Positions 45,778 to 54,745 are shown, numbered from the stretch's first letter. The stretch: DNA of 64,000 bases from SAR202 cluster bacterium bin90 (GCA_002238855.1 MPND01000006.1:35943-99942); one strand, 5' to 3'. The notes: generated from the sequence alone by a model not told the origin. Program-made: numbers and translations.

Positions 45778-47619
45778 TCAATCGTTACGCGCTTCCAACG
45801 CCCTGATCAGCTCCGGCACAACCTCGATATAGTCTCCCACAATCCCGAAGTCCGCCGACTGGAATATCGGCGCCCGTGCGCTGCTGTTGATCGCCACCAC
45901 AGTACCTGCCTTGCCAATTCCGACCGTATGGTTGAACACCCCGCTCAGCGCAACGGCAAAGTACAGGTTCGGCGAAACAGACTTGCCCGACAACCCTATC
46001 TGGTACTGGCGCGGCAGCCACCCCAGTTCGGTAACATCGCGCGTCGCTCCCAACGGCGCGCCTAGCGCATCGGCAAGCTCCCGAAGCAGCGGCAGGTTCT
46101 CCGGCCCGCCAATGCCCTTGCCCACGCTCACTATTGTATGCGCGCTGTCAAGTTCCGCCCCCTCCGCCGACTCATCCGCCACTCGCTCGACAATCTTCAC
46201 CCGCGACTCGCCCAGACCATCCAGCGATAAAGATCTCACATCAGCCTCAACGCCTTCGTCTGGCACGACTGGAGTCAGCAACCCCGGCCTCACAGTCGCC
46301 ATATAGGGCTTCGTATTCGAAAGTATCGGCGCAACGATATTACCCCCGAAAGCAGGCTTCAGCTGCACCAGCCGACCCTCGTCATCCACCTCCAGCCCGA
46401 TGCAGTCCCCCGTCAGTCCCAGCGACAGCCTGCCCGCCAGCCGCGCAGCAAGCTCCCTGCCCATCACCGTCGAACCTAGCAGCACCGCGTATGGGCTATG
46501 CTCACGTATCGCGTCCGCCAGAACGGCAGTGTACTGCGACACTTCGTAATCTGCCAACCGCCCGTCCTGCGCCACCCACACCGCATCAGCGCCATACGCA
46601 GTCAGCGCGTCCGCATGCTGCGCCACATCATCACCAATCAGCACCGCCTCCAAGCATGTCCCCAGCGAATCCGCCAGCTCGCACGACCGCCCAAGCAACT
46701 CCAGCGTAACCGGACGCAACTCTCCACCCAGCGTCTCCGCGAGCACCCAGATAGCACCAGCATCCCCGCCCTCACGCCGTCCTCCGCGTGCAATCGCCAC
46801 ATCGGAAGACTCGCTCCCACCACCATCGAAAGCCCCACGCCCATCGAGATACGCCATCAGCTCACCAACCGCCTCATCCGCCGCTTTGTCCCGTACAACA
46901 ATGCCCTCGCGCTCCGGCTCGATGGAGTAAATCTCGCTCACCCACGTCGGCGACCCGTCCGTACCAAACACCGACAGGTCATCGCTTAGGTCGGCAGCGG
47001 CAAGCGTCTCAACGGGCTTCTCAGCAGCCGCCTGCCGCTCCGCCCGCCTCGGATATATCTCCGGTGCCACATCCTCAGTCACCGTTATGAGCGCAGGCAG
47101 TTCGCACCGCACCACATCATGCCCTTCATCTGTGATTCGCTCCACCGTAACGGATGAACCGCCATCCGAAGCACCCACCTCAAGATGCCGCACCGCGCTC
47201 ACTTGCGGCAGGTCCAGCATCTCCGCGATCTCCGCGCCCACCTGCCCCGTCTCCGCATCCACGCTGTTGCGCCCGCATATAATCAGGTCATACTCATCCT
47301 GCTTCAGCGCCAGTGCCAGCGCCCTTGCCGTAGCCAGCGTGTCGCTCCCCGCAAACGCCCTGTCGTTCAGATGCACCGCGCTATCCGCGCCCATCGCCAG
47401 GCACTGCACCAGCGCATCCCGCGCCTGCGGCGGCCCCATCGTGAACACCACCACCTCCGCGTCATGCGCCTGCTTCAGATTGACGGCAAGCGACATCCCA
47501 AGCACATCGAAGGGATTCACCTCACTCGGCACACCATCGCGCACGACCCGCCGCGTTTCGTTGTCAAACTTCAGCAGCGAGACCACCGGAACCTGCTTGA
47601 TGCAAACTGCAATCTTCAT
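45778..47619 (-). CDS. Fused electron transfer flavoprotein beta-alpha (EtfB-EtfA) polypeptide
   Basis: The N-terminus MKIAVCIKQVPV...DLIICGRNSVDAETGQVG is EtfB-like. The C-terminal half, IVSVGKGIG...ATRDVTELGWLPRQYQIGLSGKSVSPNLYFAVALSGVFNHTVGI, is EtfA-like. It is a single 613-aa ORF. Confidence 0.85.
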   Translation of the reverse strand: MKIAVCIKQVPVVSLLKFDNETRRVVRDGVPSEVNPFDVLGMSLAVNLKQAHDAEVVVFTMGPPQARDALVQCLAMGADSAVHLNDRAFAGSDTLATARALALALKQDEYDLIICGRNSVDAETGQVGAEIAEMLDLPQVSAVRHLEVGASDGGSSVTVERITDEGHDVVRCELPALITVTEDVAPEIYPRRAERQAAAEKPVETLAAADLSDDLSVFGTDGSPTWVSEIYSIEPEREGIVVRDKAADEAVGELMAYLDGRGAFDGGGSESSDVAIARGGRREGGDAGAIWVLAETLGGELRPVTLELLGRSCELADSLGTCLEAVLIGDDVAQHADALTAYGADAVWVAQDGRLADYEVSQYTAVLADAIREHSPYAVLLGSTVMGRELAARLAGRLSLGLTGDCIGLEVDDEGRLVQLKPAFGGNIVAPILSNTKPYMATVRPGLLTPVVPDEGVEADVRSLSLDGLGESRVKIVERVADESAEGAELDSAHTIVSVGKGIGGPENLPLLRELADALGAPLGATRDVTELGWLPRQYQIGLSGKSVSPNLYFAVALSGVFNHTVGIGKAGTVVAINSSARAPIFQSADFGIVGDYIEVVPELIRALEARND

Positions 47620-47633
47620 GGCACAAATAAATC

Positions 47634-47672
47634 CCTTCCTCCTTGATGGGGAAAGGCTAGGATGGGGGTGAA
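47634..47672. repeat. REP-like composite repeat, family A (imperfect)
   Basis: CCTTCCTCC-TTGAT-GGGGAAAGG-CTAGGATGGGGGTGA. Confidence 0.65.
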
Positions 47673-47710
47673 TCTATGTAGAGAAGTTGGCGACTAGGAG
47701 GGATACTTAC

Positions 47711-47986
47711 TCAGCCTCGAATATTCTCCCGCACCCGATCCGCAAATCCGGCAGGCGCAGTCTGCGTCGGCATACCTCGCAGCGCATTAATCGTCTCGCG
47801 CAGCGTGCGGAAGAACGCCTCGCACAAATGGCAGTCGCTCAGGTGCGTGCGAATTCTCGTTTCCAGCGTCGCGTCAAGCTCCCCGTCGATGTAGTCCGAC
47901 GAGTGCGCGCGCGCCTCTTCACAGGGCTGCGGCAATGCGCTGCGCCCAATCAATCTGAGAATGCGGGACCTAAAGGACATCATCAT
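47711..47986 (-). CDS. Soluble zinc-binding (zf-HC2 / ZAS-type) anti-sigma factor
   Basis: C-x26-H-x3-C-x2-C arrangement (PCEEARAH...RTHLSDCHLCEAFF). 91 aa with no TM segment. Divergent from the ECF sigma gene. Confidence 0.65.
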   Translation of the reverse strand: MMMSFRSRILRLIGRSALPQPCEEARAHSSDYIDGELDATLETRIRTHLSDCHLCEAFFRTLRETINALRGMPTQTAPAGFADRVRENIRG

Positions 47987-48103
47987 TTTTTCGCCCAGAA
48001 CTCAACCTCTAGCCAAGTGCAAGTATATCAGCAAACCTACATGGCGCAAGCCGACAGACTTTTACTTATTGGATGCTCTCACTTACAATTGGATGCAAGA
48101 GAT

Positions 48104-48652
48104 ATGTCTAATCAACACGAAACAACAGCACAAGACTCAGCGCCGGAGACCTTCGACGAAATCGTCGAGGCGTATTCGGACTTCGTGTACAACGTCGCCT
48201 ACAAGATGATGGGCAACCCGCACGACGCCGAAGAAGTCGCGCAGGAAGCCTTTATCTCCGCATTCCGCGCCTTCGACCGCTTTCGTGGAGAGTCCCGCGT
48301 AACCACCTGGCTCTATCGCATCACCGTGAACGCCGCGCTCATGCGAATCAGACGCGAGAAGCGCGCCCGCGAACTGCGCTGGGTCGGCATAGAGAACCTT
48401 GAAGTCCCAAGCTGGGAAGAAGCGCCGGAACCCTCCGCGATCAACTCTGAGCTGGGCGACAAAATTCAGGAAGGCATCGCGATGCTGCAGCCCGAACTCC
48501 GCGCAGCCGTAGTGCTGCGAGATGTCGCAGGCCTGTCCAGCAGGGAAGCCGCCGAAGCCCTCGACATCACCGTCTCATCCCTGAAATCCCGCCTCCACCG
48601 CGCCCGCGTCCTCCTCCGCCAGCACCTCGCCGAATACGCCCCTAGGCGCTAG
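48104..48652 (+). CDS. ECF-subfamily RNA polymerase sigma-70 factor
   Basis: Region 2 DAEEVAQEAFISAFRAFDRFRGESRVTTWLYRITVNAAL and region 4 VVLRDVAGLSSREAAEALDITVSSLKSRLHRAR. Start set at ATG 48104. Confidence 0.85.
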   Translation: MSNQHETTAQDSAPETFDEIVEAYSDFVYNVAYKMMGNPHDAEEVAQEAFISAFRAFDRFRGESRVTTWLYRITVNAALMRIRREKRARELRWVGIENLEVPSWEEAPEPSAINSELGDKIQEGIAMLQPELRAAVVLRDVAGLSSREAAEALDITVSSLKSRLHRARVLLRQHLAEYAPRR

Positions 48653-48657
48653 GCGCC

Positions 48658-48710
48658 ATCGGCGTCAACCGAACCCCAATCACCTCCTCGCACCACGCCG
48701 CAACCGCAAG
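48658..48710 (-). pseudogene. Relic copy of the amidase 3' end
   Basis: By hand alignment, 49 of 53 nt are identical to 49616..49668, the true amidase C-terminal codons. It translates as ILAVAAWCEEVIGVRLTPMA, compared with LLAVAAWCEAVVGVRLTPMG. Confidence 0.7.
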
Positions 48711-48742
48711 AATGGCAATGATTTCCGCGCTGTGTGCGGCTG

Positions 48743-49528
48743 TCAGGACTGCTGTTGGCGCAGGCGAGCAATTTCTTCCAGCAACTCGCGTTCACGCGCC
48801 TCTGATTCATCGGCGCGCGCTGCAGCAGCTTGGGCACGCGCTTCGGCGATTTGGGCACGCGCTTCCTCTTCAGCTATGCGCACTTCGGCAGCTTGGGCAC
48901 GCGCTTCGGCAACGGTGATCCTGTGCAGCGTCATGCCGGTTTCAGGGTCCAGCGCATCGAATTCCTGCCCATCCCAGTGGAACACCAAGTTCAGCAGCTC
49001 GCTGTATCCCCTCAACGAACCATCTTCATCTGCCAGAATCTCATACGGCTGATACACGCCGTCAACCAGCCTCTCGCCCGCAAGCGGCTGCCCGTAATAT
49101 TCGCCGCCCTTATGGTCGAACCGCCAGTATTCCTGCACCCCAAGCCTCTCATACAACTCGCGCTTGTGGCCAAGGTCGTTCGCCGCAGTGCTCTCAGAAG
49201 CCACCTCCATCACGAAATCGGGGACCTTGCCAATCTCCCATACCAAGTAGTTAGGCATTTCGCTATCGCGAATATACACCGCATCCACGCCGAAGGCGAT
49301 GAGGAAGTCCGGAGCGACGCGCCGGTTGCCGTTGGTTTCGTCGTAGAGTATGAACCCTCCCCCGGTGGCAAACACATCCGGGCTGTCTTTGTACATCTCA
49401 AACAGGATGCCTATCACTCGGTACAGGGGTGGAAATTGCAGCACTCGGTCCTCCGGCTCCGGCTCGTCGTAGAAACTCTTGGGATACTTCTCAAGCCAAG
49501 ATTTAGTAACTGTCTTGGTAGTCGCCAT
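48743..49528 (-). CDS. Uma2-family (DUF820) putative endonuclease with C-terminal Ala/Glu/Arg coiled-coil tail
   Basis: RVAPDFLIAFGVD...YLVWEIGKVPDFVMEVASEST...K...GVQEYWRFD fits the Uma2 PD-(D/E)xK pattern. The tail is AEARAQAAEVRIAEEEARAQIAEARAQAAAARA, encoded by the repeated TTGGGCACGCGCTTCGGC. Start at ATG 49528 with GGAGG upstream. Confidence 0.75.
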   Translation of the reverse strand: MATTKTVTKSWLEKYPKSFYDEPEPEDRVLQFPPLYRVIGILFEMYKDSPDVFATGGGFILYDETNGNRRVAPDFLIAFGVDAVYIRDSEMPNYLVWEIGKVPDFVMEVASESTAANDLGHKRELYERLGVQEYWRFDHKGGEYYGQPLAGERLVDGVYQPYEILADEDGSLRGYSELLNLVFHWDGQEFDALDPETGMTLHRITVAEARAQAAEVRIAEEEARAQIAEARAQAAAARADESEARERELLEEIARLRQQQS

Positions 49529-49605
49529 GCGAAGCCTCCGACATCCGTTTATGACTTCCATACGCCTGCATTATAACGCAGCCCCGAGACGAAGTTCATC
49601 ACATA

Positions 49606-50961
49606 CTACGTCCCCATCGGCGTCAACCGCACCCCAACCACCGCCTCGCACCACGCCGCCACCGCAAGCAGCCTCGCCTCCTCGAAGTGCCCCGCCACAA
49701 GCTGCACGCCCAGCGGCATCCCGCCCTCGCTCAGCCCCGACGGCAGCGTAATCTCCGGGAATCCTCCGAACGTCCACGGCGACTGGAACTTCGGATCGCC
49801 CGTAGTCTCGCGGCTCGGCGGCGCAGCAGCAGGAGTAGTCGGCATCAGCAGCGCATCATAGCCCCCAATCGCCGATTGCACACCACGTCTGAACTCACTC
49901 TGCAAATGCTTCGCCTTCAGGTACTCCAGCGCAGGCGTCCCCAACCCCTGCTCGATCAGTCCATGCACATTAGCCGAGAATTCGTCCGCCCGCACCGCAA
50001 AGTTGCCCTCGTGCACCTGCGCCCCCTCCACCGACATCAACGCACGCTGACCCACCAGCGCCGCATCAAAGTCCACCGGCAGCGACACCTCCTCGACCGC
50101 CGCACCCGCATCGCGCAGCTTCTCAGCCATCGATTCCGTGTTCGCGCGCGTCTCATCATCGCACTGCTCCATGAAGAACTGCCGCACCAGCCCGATTCGC
50201 GGCGGCCCGATCTTCGTCTGCGCCGCCCCCAGATAGTCCTCCACAGGTCGCTCCGACGAGTCCGCATCGTTGATGTCATGGCCCGCCAGCACATTCAACA
50301 TCAGTGCCGCATCCTCCACGCTCCGCACCATCGGCCCCATCGTATCCAGCGACTCCGACACCGGATACACGCCATGCCTGCTGACCCGCCCAAACGTCGG
50401 CTTCAGCCCCACAATCCCGTTGTACGAAGATGGCCGCACGATCGATCCCCCGGTCTGCGACCCCAGCGCAGCGGGAAACATCCCCACCGCCGCGCCCACC
50501 GCAGACCCGCTGCTCGACCCGCCCGGCGTATGCACCGCATTCCACGGGCTCACCGTAGGCGAGGGATCCCCGCACGCAAACTCAGTCGTAACCGTCTTGC
50601 CCATTATCACCGCGCCCGCCTGCCTCAGCAGCGCAACCGTCGTCGCGTCATACTCCGGCACAAACTCCGCGTATATCGTCGAGCCGCTAGTCGTCAACAC
50701 TCCCCGCGTGAAGTAGATGTCCTTGATGCCCACCGGCACCCCATGCAGCGGCCCCCGCGCTCCCTCGCTCGCCAGTTCACTGTCCCGCTCCCTCGCCGCC
50801 GCCATCGCAGCATCACCGTCCAGCGTAACCCACACCTTCAGCGCACCATCCAGCGCATCACACCGCGCCAGCAGCGCCTCCATCAGTTCCGCCGCCGACA
50901 CAGCCCTGCTCCGAATCATCCCCGCCGCCTCAACCACCCCAAGCTCATGCATCTCACTCAT
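49606..50961 (-). CDS. Amidase (amidase-signature family, GatA-like)
   Basis: The GGSSSGSA motif and the KD..F context are typical of AS-family amidases. 451 aa. Confidence 0.9.
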   Translation of the reverse strand: MSEMHELGVVEAAGMIRSRAVSAAELMEALLARCDALDGALKVWVTLDGDAAMAAARERDSELASEGARGPLHGVPVGIKDIYFTRGVLTTSGSTIYAEFVPEYDATTVALLRQAGAVIMGKTVTTEFACGDPSPTVSPWNAVHTPGGSSSGSAVGAAVGMFPAALGSQTGGSIVRPSSYNGIVGLKPTFGRVSRHGVYPVSESLDTMGPMVRSVEDAALMLNVLAGHDINDADSSERPVEDYLGAAQTKIGPPRIGLVRQFFMEQCDDETRANTESMAEKLRDAGAAVEEVSLPVDFDAALVGQRALMSVEGAQVHEGNFAVRADEFSANVHGLIEQGLGTPALEYLKAKHLQSEFRRGVQSAIGGYDALLMPTTPAAAPPSRETTGDPKFQSPWTFGGFPEITLPSGLSEGGMPLGVQLVAGHFEEARLLAVAAWCEAVVGVRLTPMGT

Positions 50962-51157
50962 AGCATCTCCATATCATGGAAAGTTAGGTTATTTCGACTC
51001 GCTCCCCGCCATTCCTGCGAAGCATCTCTCTGTCCTGAACAGAGCCAGCCCCTTGCACAAACACGGGAAGCAGGAACCCACGCATCCCATCAGCAATAAG
51101 ATTACCGACTAACTGATATACTGACAATCCGACAGACCACCTCATGAGGAGTATCTT

Positions 51158-51595
51158 ATGCCCCGCCTAACCAATCAGCAACTCAACGAATTCCTGAACT
51201 CCGGCGCACACCTTATGAAACTCGCCACCCTCACGTCAGAAGGCTACCCCTACGTCGCGCCCATCTGGTACGACTACGATGGCGAGGAATTCTATGTCGC
51301 CGGCAGGCGCACGGCAAACTGGGTGTCGCACATCCGTTACGACGGGCGCGTGTCCTGTTGCATCGACACCTGTGAAGCGCCCTACACCCGCGTTATCGTC
51401 GAAGGCACTGCCAGGATTGTTGACAGCGCTTGGATGGGCGACTGGAAGCACTGGGCAGTCCGCTACCAGGGCGAGGAAGCAGGCACCCGATACTACGAAG
51501 AAACCAAGCACATGCCCCGCGCCTACATCCGCATCACCCCCCGCAAGATAACCACCTGGGCAGGACCAGGCTGGCACCCCCGCTACCAGGAATAG
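51158..51595 (+). CDS. PPOX-class (pyridoxamine 5'-phosphate oxidase-like) family protein
   Basis: LATLTSEGYPYVAPIWYDYDGEEFYVAGR matches the split-barrel family pattern. Confidence 0.7.
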   Translation: MPRLTNQQLNEFLNSGAHLMKLATLTSEGYPYVAPIWYDYDGEEFYVAGRRTANWVSHIRYDGRVSCCIDTCEAPYTRVIVEGTARIVDSAWMGDWKHWAVRYQGEEAGTRYYEETKHMPRAYIRITPRKITTWAGPGWHPRYQE

Positions 51596-51611
51596 CCCTG
51601 CGCTTCTACGT

Positions 51612-51636
51612 CCCTGCTCCCTGGGGGTGAGGGTAA
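51612..51636. repeat. Degenerate REP-like unit (CTCCCTGGGGGTGAGGG type)
   Basis: TCCCTGCTCCCTGGGGGTGAGGGTA. A similar unit occurs at 53348..53375. Confidence 0.45.
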
Positions 51637-51812
51637 AGACCTGCTCAGTCCCCATGTGGCCCCATGTGGCTAGTTGTTCGATGGCGAATTCGCCTTTTTC
51701 AGCGGCATCCACAAGCAACAATCTGTGATATAATCCACCGCAGACATTTAGTCTCATATATGTCTCAGCAGGAAAAAGCGCATTCAGGTAGACGGATGTA
51801 CAGGAGGTGGAG

Positions 51813-52226
51813 ATGGATGCACTAAGACGAGTGGTGGGAGCAGTGTTGCTTCTGACTGCCGTGCTAGTCGGCATATACTTCGTCGTCGACCAGCTTGAAA
51901 TCCTGCCCTTCCTCTGGCCGCCGCTCAACTACTTGATGGCCGTTGCTGCAGCGCTCGGCGTCATCTTCGCCTACCTGCGAAAGCACAGCCTCGAAGCAGC
52001 AGGCCTCGACCGCATCGTAACGCGTCGCTACCTCGAAGCCAACATCCTCTTCTACGGCTTCATCGCAATCGCAATGCTCTTCTTCTGGAACTGGTTCGAC
52101 CTGCTAGTCGATACCGACCCGCAAGACACCGACCGCCACATAGTCTGGATCATCGTCGACACCGTGGGCCCTCTGCTATGGGGCGCGCTCGGCATGCACC
52201 TCCTGCGCGGCGGCAACGACGACTAG
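51813..52226 (+). CDS. Small 4-TM membrane protein, paralog 1 of 3
   Basis: Shares the FFWNWF.LL and W.IVD...P.L.GA.G..LL motifs with the next two genes. AGGAGG lies 6 nt upstream of ATG 51813. Confidence 0.65.
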   Translation: MDALRRVVGAVLLLTAVLVGIYFVVDQLEILPFLWPPLNYLMAVAAALGVIFAYLRKHSLEAAGLDRIVTRRYLEANILFYGFIAIAMLFFWNWFDLLVDTDPQDTDRHIVWIIVDTVGPLLWGALGMHLLRGGNDD

Positions 52227-52237
52227 ACATGCCCGTC

Positions 52238-52257
52238 ATTCCCGCTCAGGCGGGAAT
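52238..52257. repeat. REP-like hairpin, family B
   Basis: ATTCCCG-CTCAGG-CGGGAAT followed by CCAGAG. Same unit as at 12888..12907. Confidence 0.65.
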
Positions 52258-52327
52258 CCAGAGATGGACGCCCGAAGCGGGCAATCGGTAGTGACAACGT
52301 AACCGCAGACGAAAGGAGCGGCAACGC

Positions 52328-52771
52328 ATGGACATCCTCAAGAAAATCGTAGGCATAATCCTGCTCGTGGTAGCGGTAGTAGTAGCCGTACACACCATAG
52401 TAGAACCACTCTACTTCGACAGCAGCCAGTCCGGAAGCGGCAACAGCGAAGGCGTTTGGGCGATCATCAACCCGCTCTCTGCAATAACCGTGATTCTCGG
52501 CCTCATCTTCGGCTACTTGCGCAAGCGCGACGCAGACGCCGCAGACGAAACAACGGTCACCCGCGAATTCCTCACAGCCAACACAATCTTCTTCGGCTTC
52601 CTATTCATCGGCATAATGTTCTTCTGGAACTGGTTCAACCTGCTCAGCCCCGCATTCAACGCCATCGGCCCCGACGCCGTCGCTCTCACATGGATCATCG
52701 TCGACGCAGGCCTGCCCATCCTCGCCGGCGCACTCGGCGTTCACCTCCTCCTCGCTGGCACCGAGGAATAG
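52328..52771 (+). CDS. Small 4-TM membrane protein, paralog 2 of 3
   Basis: MDILKKIVGIILLVVAVVVAVHTIVEPLY...FFWNWFNLLSPAFNAIGPDAVALTWIIVDAGLPILAGALGVHLL. Highly similar to paralog 3. Confidence 0.7.
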   Translation: MDILKKIVGIILLVVAVVVAVHTIVEPLYFDSSQSGSGNSEGVWAIINPLSAITVILGLIFGYLRKRDADAADETTVTREFLTANTIFFGFLFIGIMFFWNWFNLLSPAFNAIGPDAVALTWIIVDAGLPILAGALGVHLLLAGTEE

Positions 52772-52790
52772 GTCGTTGTAGCGCTTAATG

Positions 52791-52815
52791 CCCTTCCCTC
52801 TTTGATAGGGGAAGG
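52791..52815. repeat. REP-like repeat, family A (imperfect)
   Basis: CCCTTCCCTCTTTGATAGGGGAAGG, followed by an AGCCTGTCCC...GGCATGGG module. Confidence 0.55.
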
Positions 52816-52900
52816 TTAAAGCCTGTCCCGGCGAAGGCATGGGATTGCTGCGAAACGGAAATCGCGCTATGGAAGTAGCAGACAAAAGGAGCAACAACTA

Positions 52901-53335
52901 ATGGACATGCTCAAGAAAATCATAGGCATCTTGCTCATCGTCGTCGGTGCCGCCGTCGCCATCCACACCGTAGTCGAGCCGCTCTACCACGCATCGAGCG
53001 AATCCCAGCCATACGCCCCGCTATGGAACATCCTCGACCCCATCATGGCGGTCGCCATCGTCCTGACCATCATCTTCGGCCACATCCGCAAGCGCAACGC
53101 GTGTGCTGAGAATGAGACGGTCGTCACCCGCGAGTTCCTGTCGGCAAATGTCGTCTTCTACGGCATCGTATTCATCGGCATCATCTTCTTCTGGAACTAT
53201 TTCAACCTGCTCAGCCCCGCATACAACGCCATCGGCCCCGACGCCGTCTCCCTCGCATGGATTATCATCGACGCCGCACTCCCACTACTGCTCGGCGCAA
53301 TGGGCGTATCCATGCTCAAAACCGAAGACGCCTGA
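52901..53335 (+). CDS. Small 4-TM membrane protein, paralog 3 of 3
   Basis: MDMLKKIIGILLIVVGAAVAIHTVVEPLY...FFWNYFNLLSPAYNAIGPDAVSLAWIIIDAALPLLLGAMGVSML. Confidence 0.7.
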   Translation: MDMLKKIIGILLIVVGAAVAIHTVVEPLYHASSESQPYAPLWNILDPIMAVAIVLTIIFGHIRKRNACAENETVVTREFLSANVVFYGIVFIGIIFFWNYFNLLSPAYNAIGPDAVSLAWIIIDAALPLLLGAMGVSMLKTEDA

Positions 53336-53383
53336 TCCCTACCAGGCCTGTCCCTTCTCTCTCTGGGTGAGGGCAGCAAAAAA

Positions 53384-53467
53384 CCTTCCCCCTCGATGGG
53401 GGAAGGCTGTAGCCCGTCCTGAGCTTGTCAATGGGATGGGGAAAGGGAGAAAAATTCCTCCCCATCC
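53384..53467. repeat. REP-like composite repeat, family A (full-length)
   Basis: CCTTCCCCC-TCGAT-GGGGGAAGG (53384..53406) plus GGATGGGGA...TCCCCATCC, a 9-bp stem (53434..53467). Confidence 0.7.
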
Positions 53468-53496
53468 TCCAAATCCTGTTAGCTCCGCCCTATCAC

Positions 53497-54477
53497 CTAC
53501 TCAAACGTCAGCGACACCTTCAGCGCCCCGTCCTCGCGCGACTCCGCCAGGTCGAACGCCTCCTGCACTCGCTCCACCGGGAACTGGTGCGTCACAAACG
53601 GCGCCATATCAATCTCGCCCTTTGTGATGAAGTCAGCCGCAAGCTGGAACGCCGGCAGCCCCGGCTCGTCCTGCGCTCCGAACGTCGTATACAGGTCCAG
53701 CCGCTTGCGGAAGAAAGTATCCCAGTCGAACGGTATTCGCTCCATCGTCGGCGGAAGCCCGAACACCGCAATCGTGCCCAGCGGCTTCACCACCTTCAGC
53801 GCCTGGTTCAGCGTCTCCACGCTTCCGCACGCCTCGATCACCACATCCGCGCCCTCGCCGCCCGTCAGGTCCAGCACAGCATCAGTCGCCCGGTTGCCCG
53901 TAACATCAATCGTGTGATCAACACCCATCCTTGCGCCATGCTCTCGCCGCGCCTCCACCGGCTCCACCGCGATGATACGGTGCGCTCCCAGCCGCCGAAG
54001 CATGAAGTCATGGAACAGCCCGACCGATCCCTGCCCCAGCACCGCAACCGTCTTGCCCAGCAGCGGCGGTAGCTTGCGCGCCCCGAACACCACCGTCCCC
54101 AATTGCTGTGCCATCAGCAGGTGCGCCGGCGGCACATCCTTTGGCAGCTTCAGCAAAAACTGCTCCTCGATCATCTGGTACCCGGCAAATACCTTCGACT
54201 TCCAGATATTCGGCGCCGTCAGCACCAGGTCCCCCTCAGAGAACGAAGTGTCGCCCGGATCAACAACCTCGCCCACGCCCTCGTGCCCCGGATACCCGTG
54301 CGGCAGCGGAAACTCGTGCGCGTTCCAGCCCATATACACGATATGCAGGTCGCTCCCGCATATCGACCCCAGCATCGTCTTCACCAAGGCATGCCCCGGC
54401 TCCAACGCAGGTATGGGCACCTCATCGCAGCGCAATTCCCTCAGTCCTGTCGCCACCGCCGCAGGCATCATAGTCAT
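53497..54477 (-). CDS. Zinc-dependent medium-chain alcohol/threonine dehydrogenase family protein
   Basis: The GSICGSDLH and GHEGVGEV zinc-ligand motifs and the GQGSVG Rossmann motif. Start set at ATG 54477. Confidence 0.85.
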   Translation of the reverse strand: MTMMPAAVATGLRELRCDEVPIPALEPGHALVKTMLGSICGSDLHIVYMGWNAHEFPLPHGYPGHEGVGEVVDPGDTSFSEGDLVLTAPNIWKSKVFAGYQMIEEQFLLKLPKDVPPAHLLMAQQLGTVVFGARKLPPLLGKTVAVLGQGSVGLFHDFMLRRLGAHRIIAVEPVEARREHGARMGVDHTIDVTGNRATDAVLDLTGGEGADVVIEACGSVETLNQALKVVKPLGTIAVFGLPPTMERIPFDWDTFFRKRLDLYTTFGAQDEPGLPAFQLAADFITKGEIDMAPFVTHQFPVERVQEAFDLAESREDGALKVSLTFE

Positions 54478-54678
54478 CTCAGATTTCCTTTCCACATCGC
54501 CAATTCGCGCGTCTGCTACAATCCTCAAACACTGCCTGAAATTGTGTACCTATGGTCTGTTCCTGTCAAGAAAATGAGAAACATGTGGGGCTGCGCATCA
54601 TCACCAATAACAAATCCCTTCCCCCATGTTTGGTTGACAGGGGTATATAGAGTCTGAAACAAGAGAGTTTCATCTAAT

Positions 54679-54745
54679 CTGTCATTCTGAACGCAGCGTC
54701 TCAACCCACTGTCATTCTGAACGCAGCGCAGCGGAGTGAAGAATC
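54679..54745. repeat. Family C repeat: 20-nt unit CTGTCATTCTGAACGCAGCG duplicated with 30-nt period, then CAGCGGAGTGAAGAATC
   Basis: Copies at 54679..54698 and 54709..54728 are identical. It lies in a 540-bp noncoding stretch. Confidence 0.7.

Noticed and set aside
47687-48103. The N-terminal 139-aa extension of the sigma-factor ORF (track ORF 47687..48652).
   Set aside because: The extension is Arg-rich, overlaps the convincing zf-HC2 anti-sigma gene on the other strand, and precedes the conserved region 2. ATG 48104 gives a normal-length ECF sigma factor.
51651-51670. A perfect tandem duplication of CCCCATGTGG.
   Set aside because: It is a single 10-nt duplication in noncoding DNA downstream of a PPOX gene, most simply explained by replication slippage. 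No further structure is visible.
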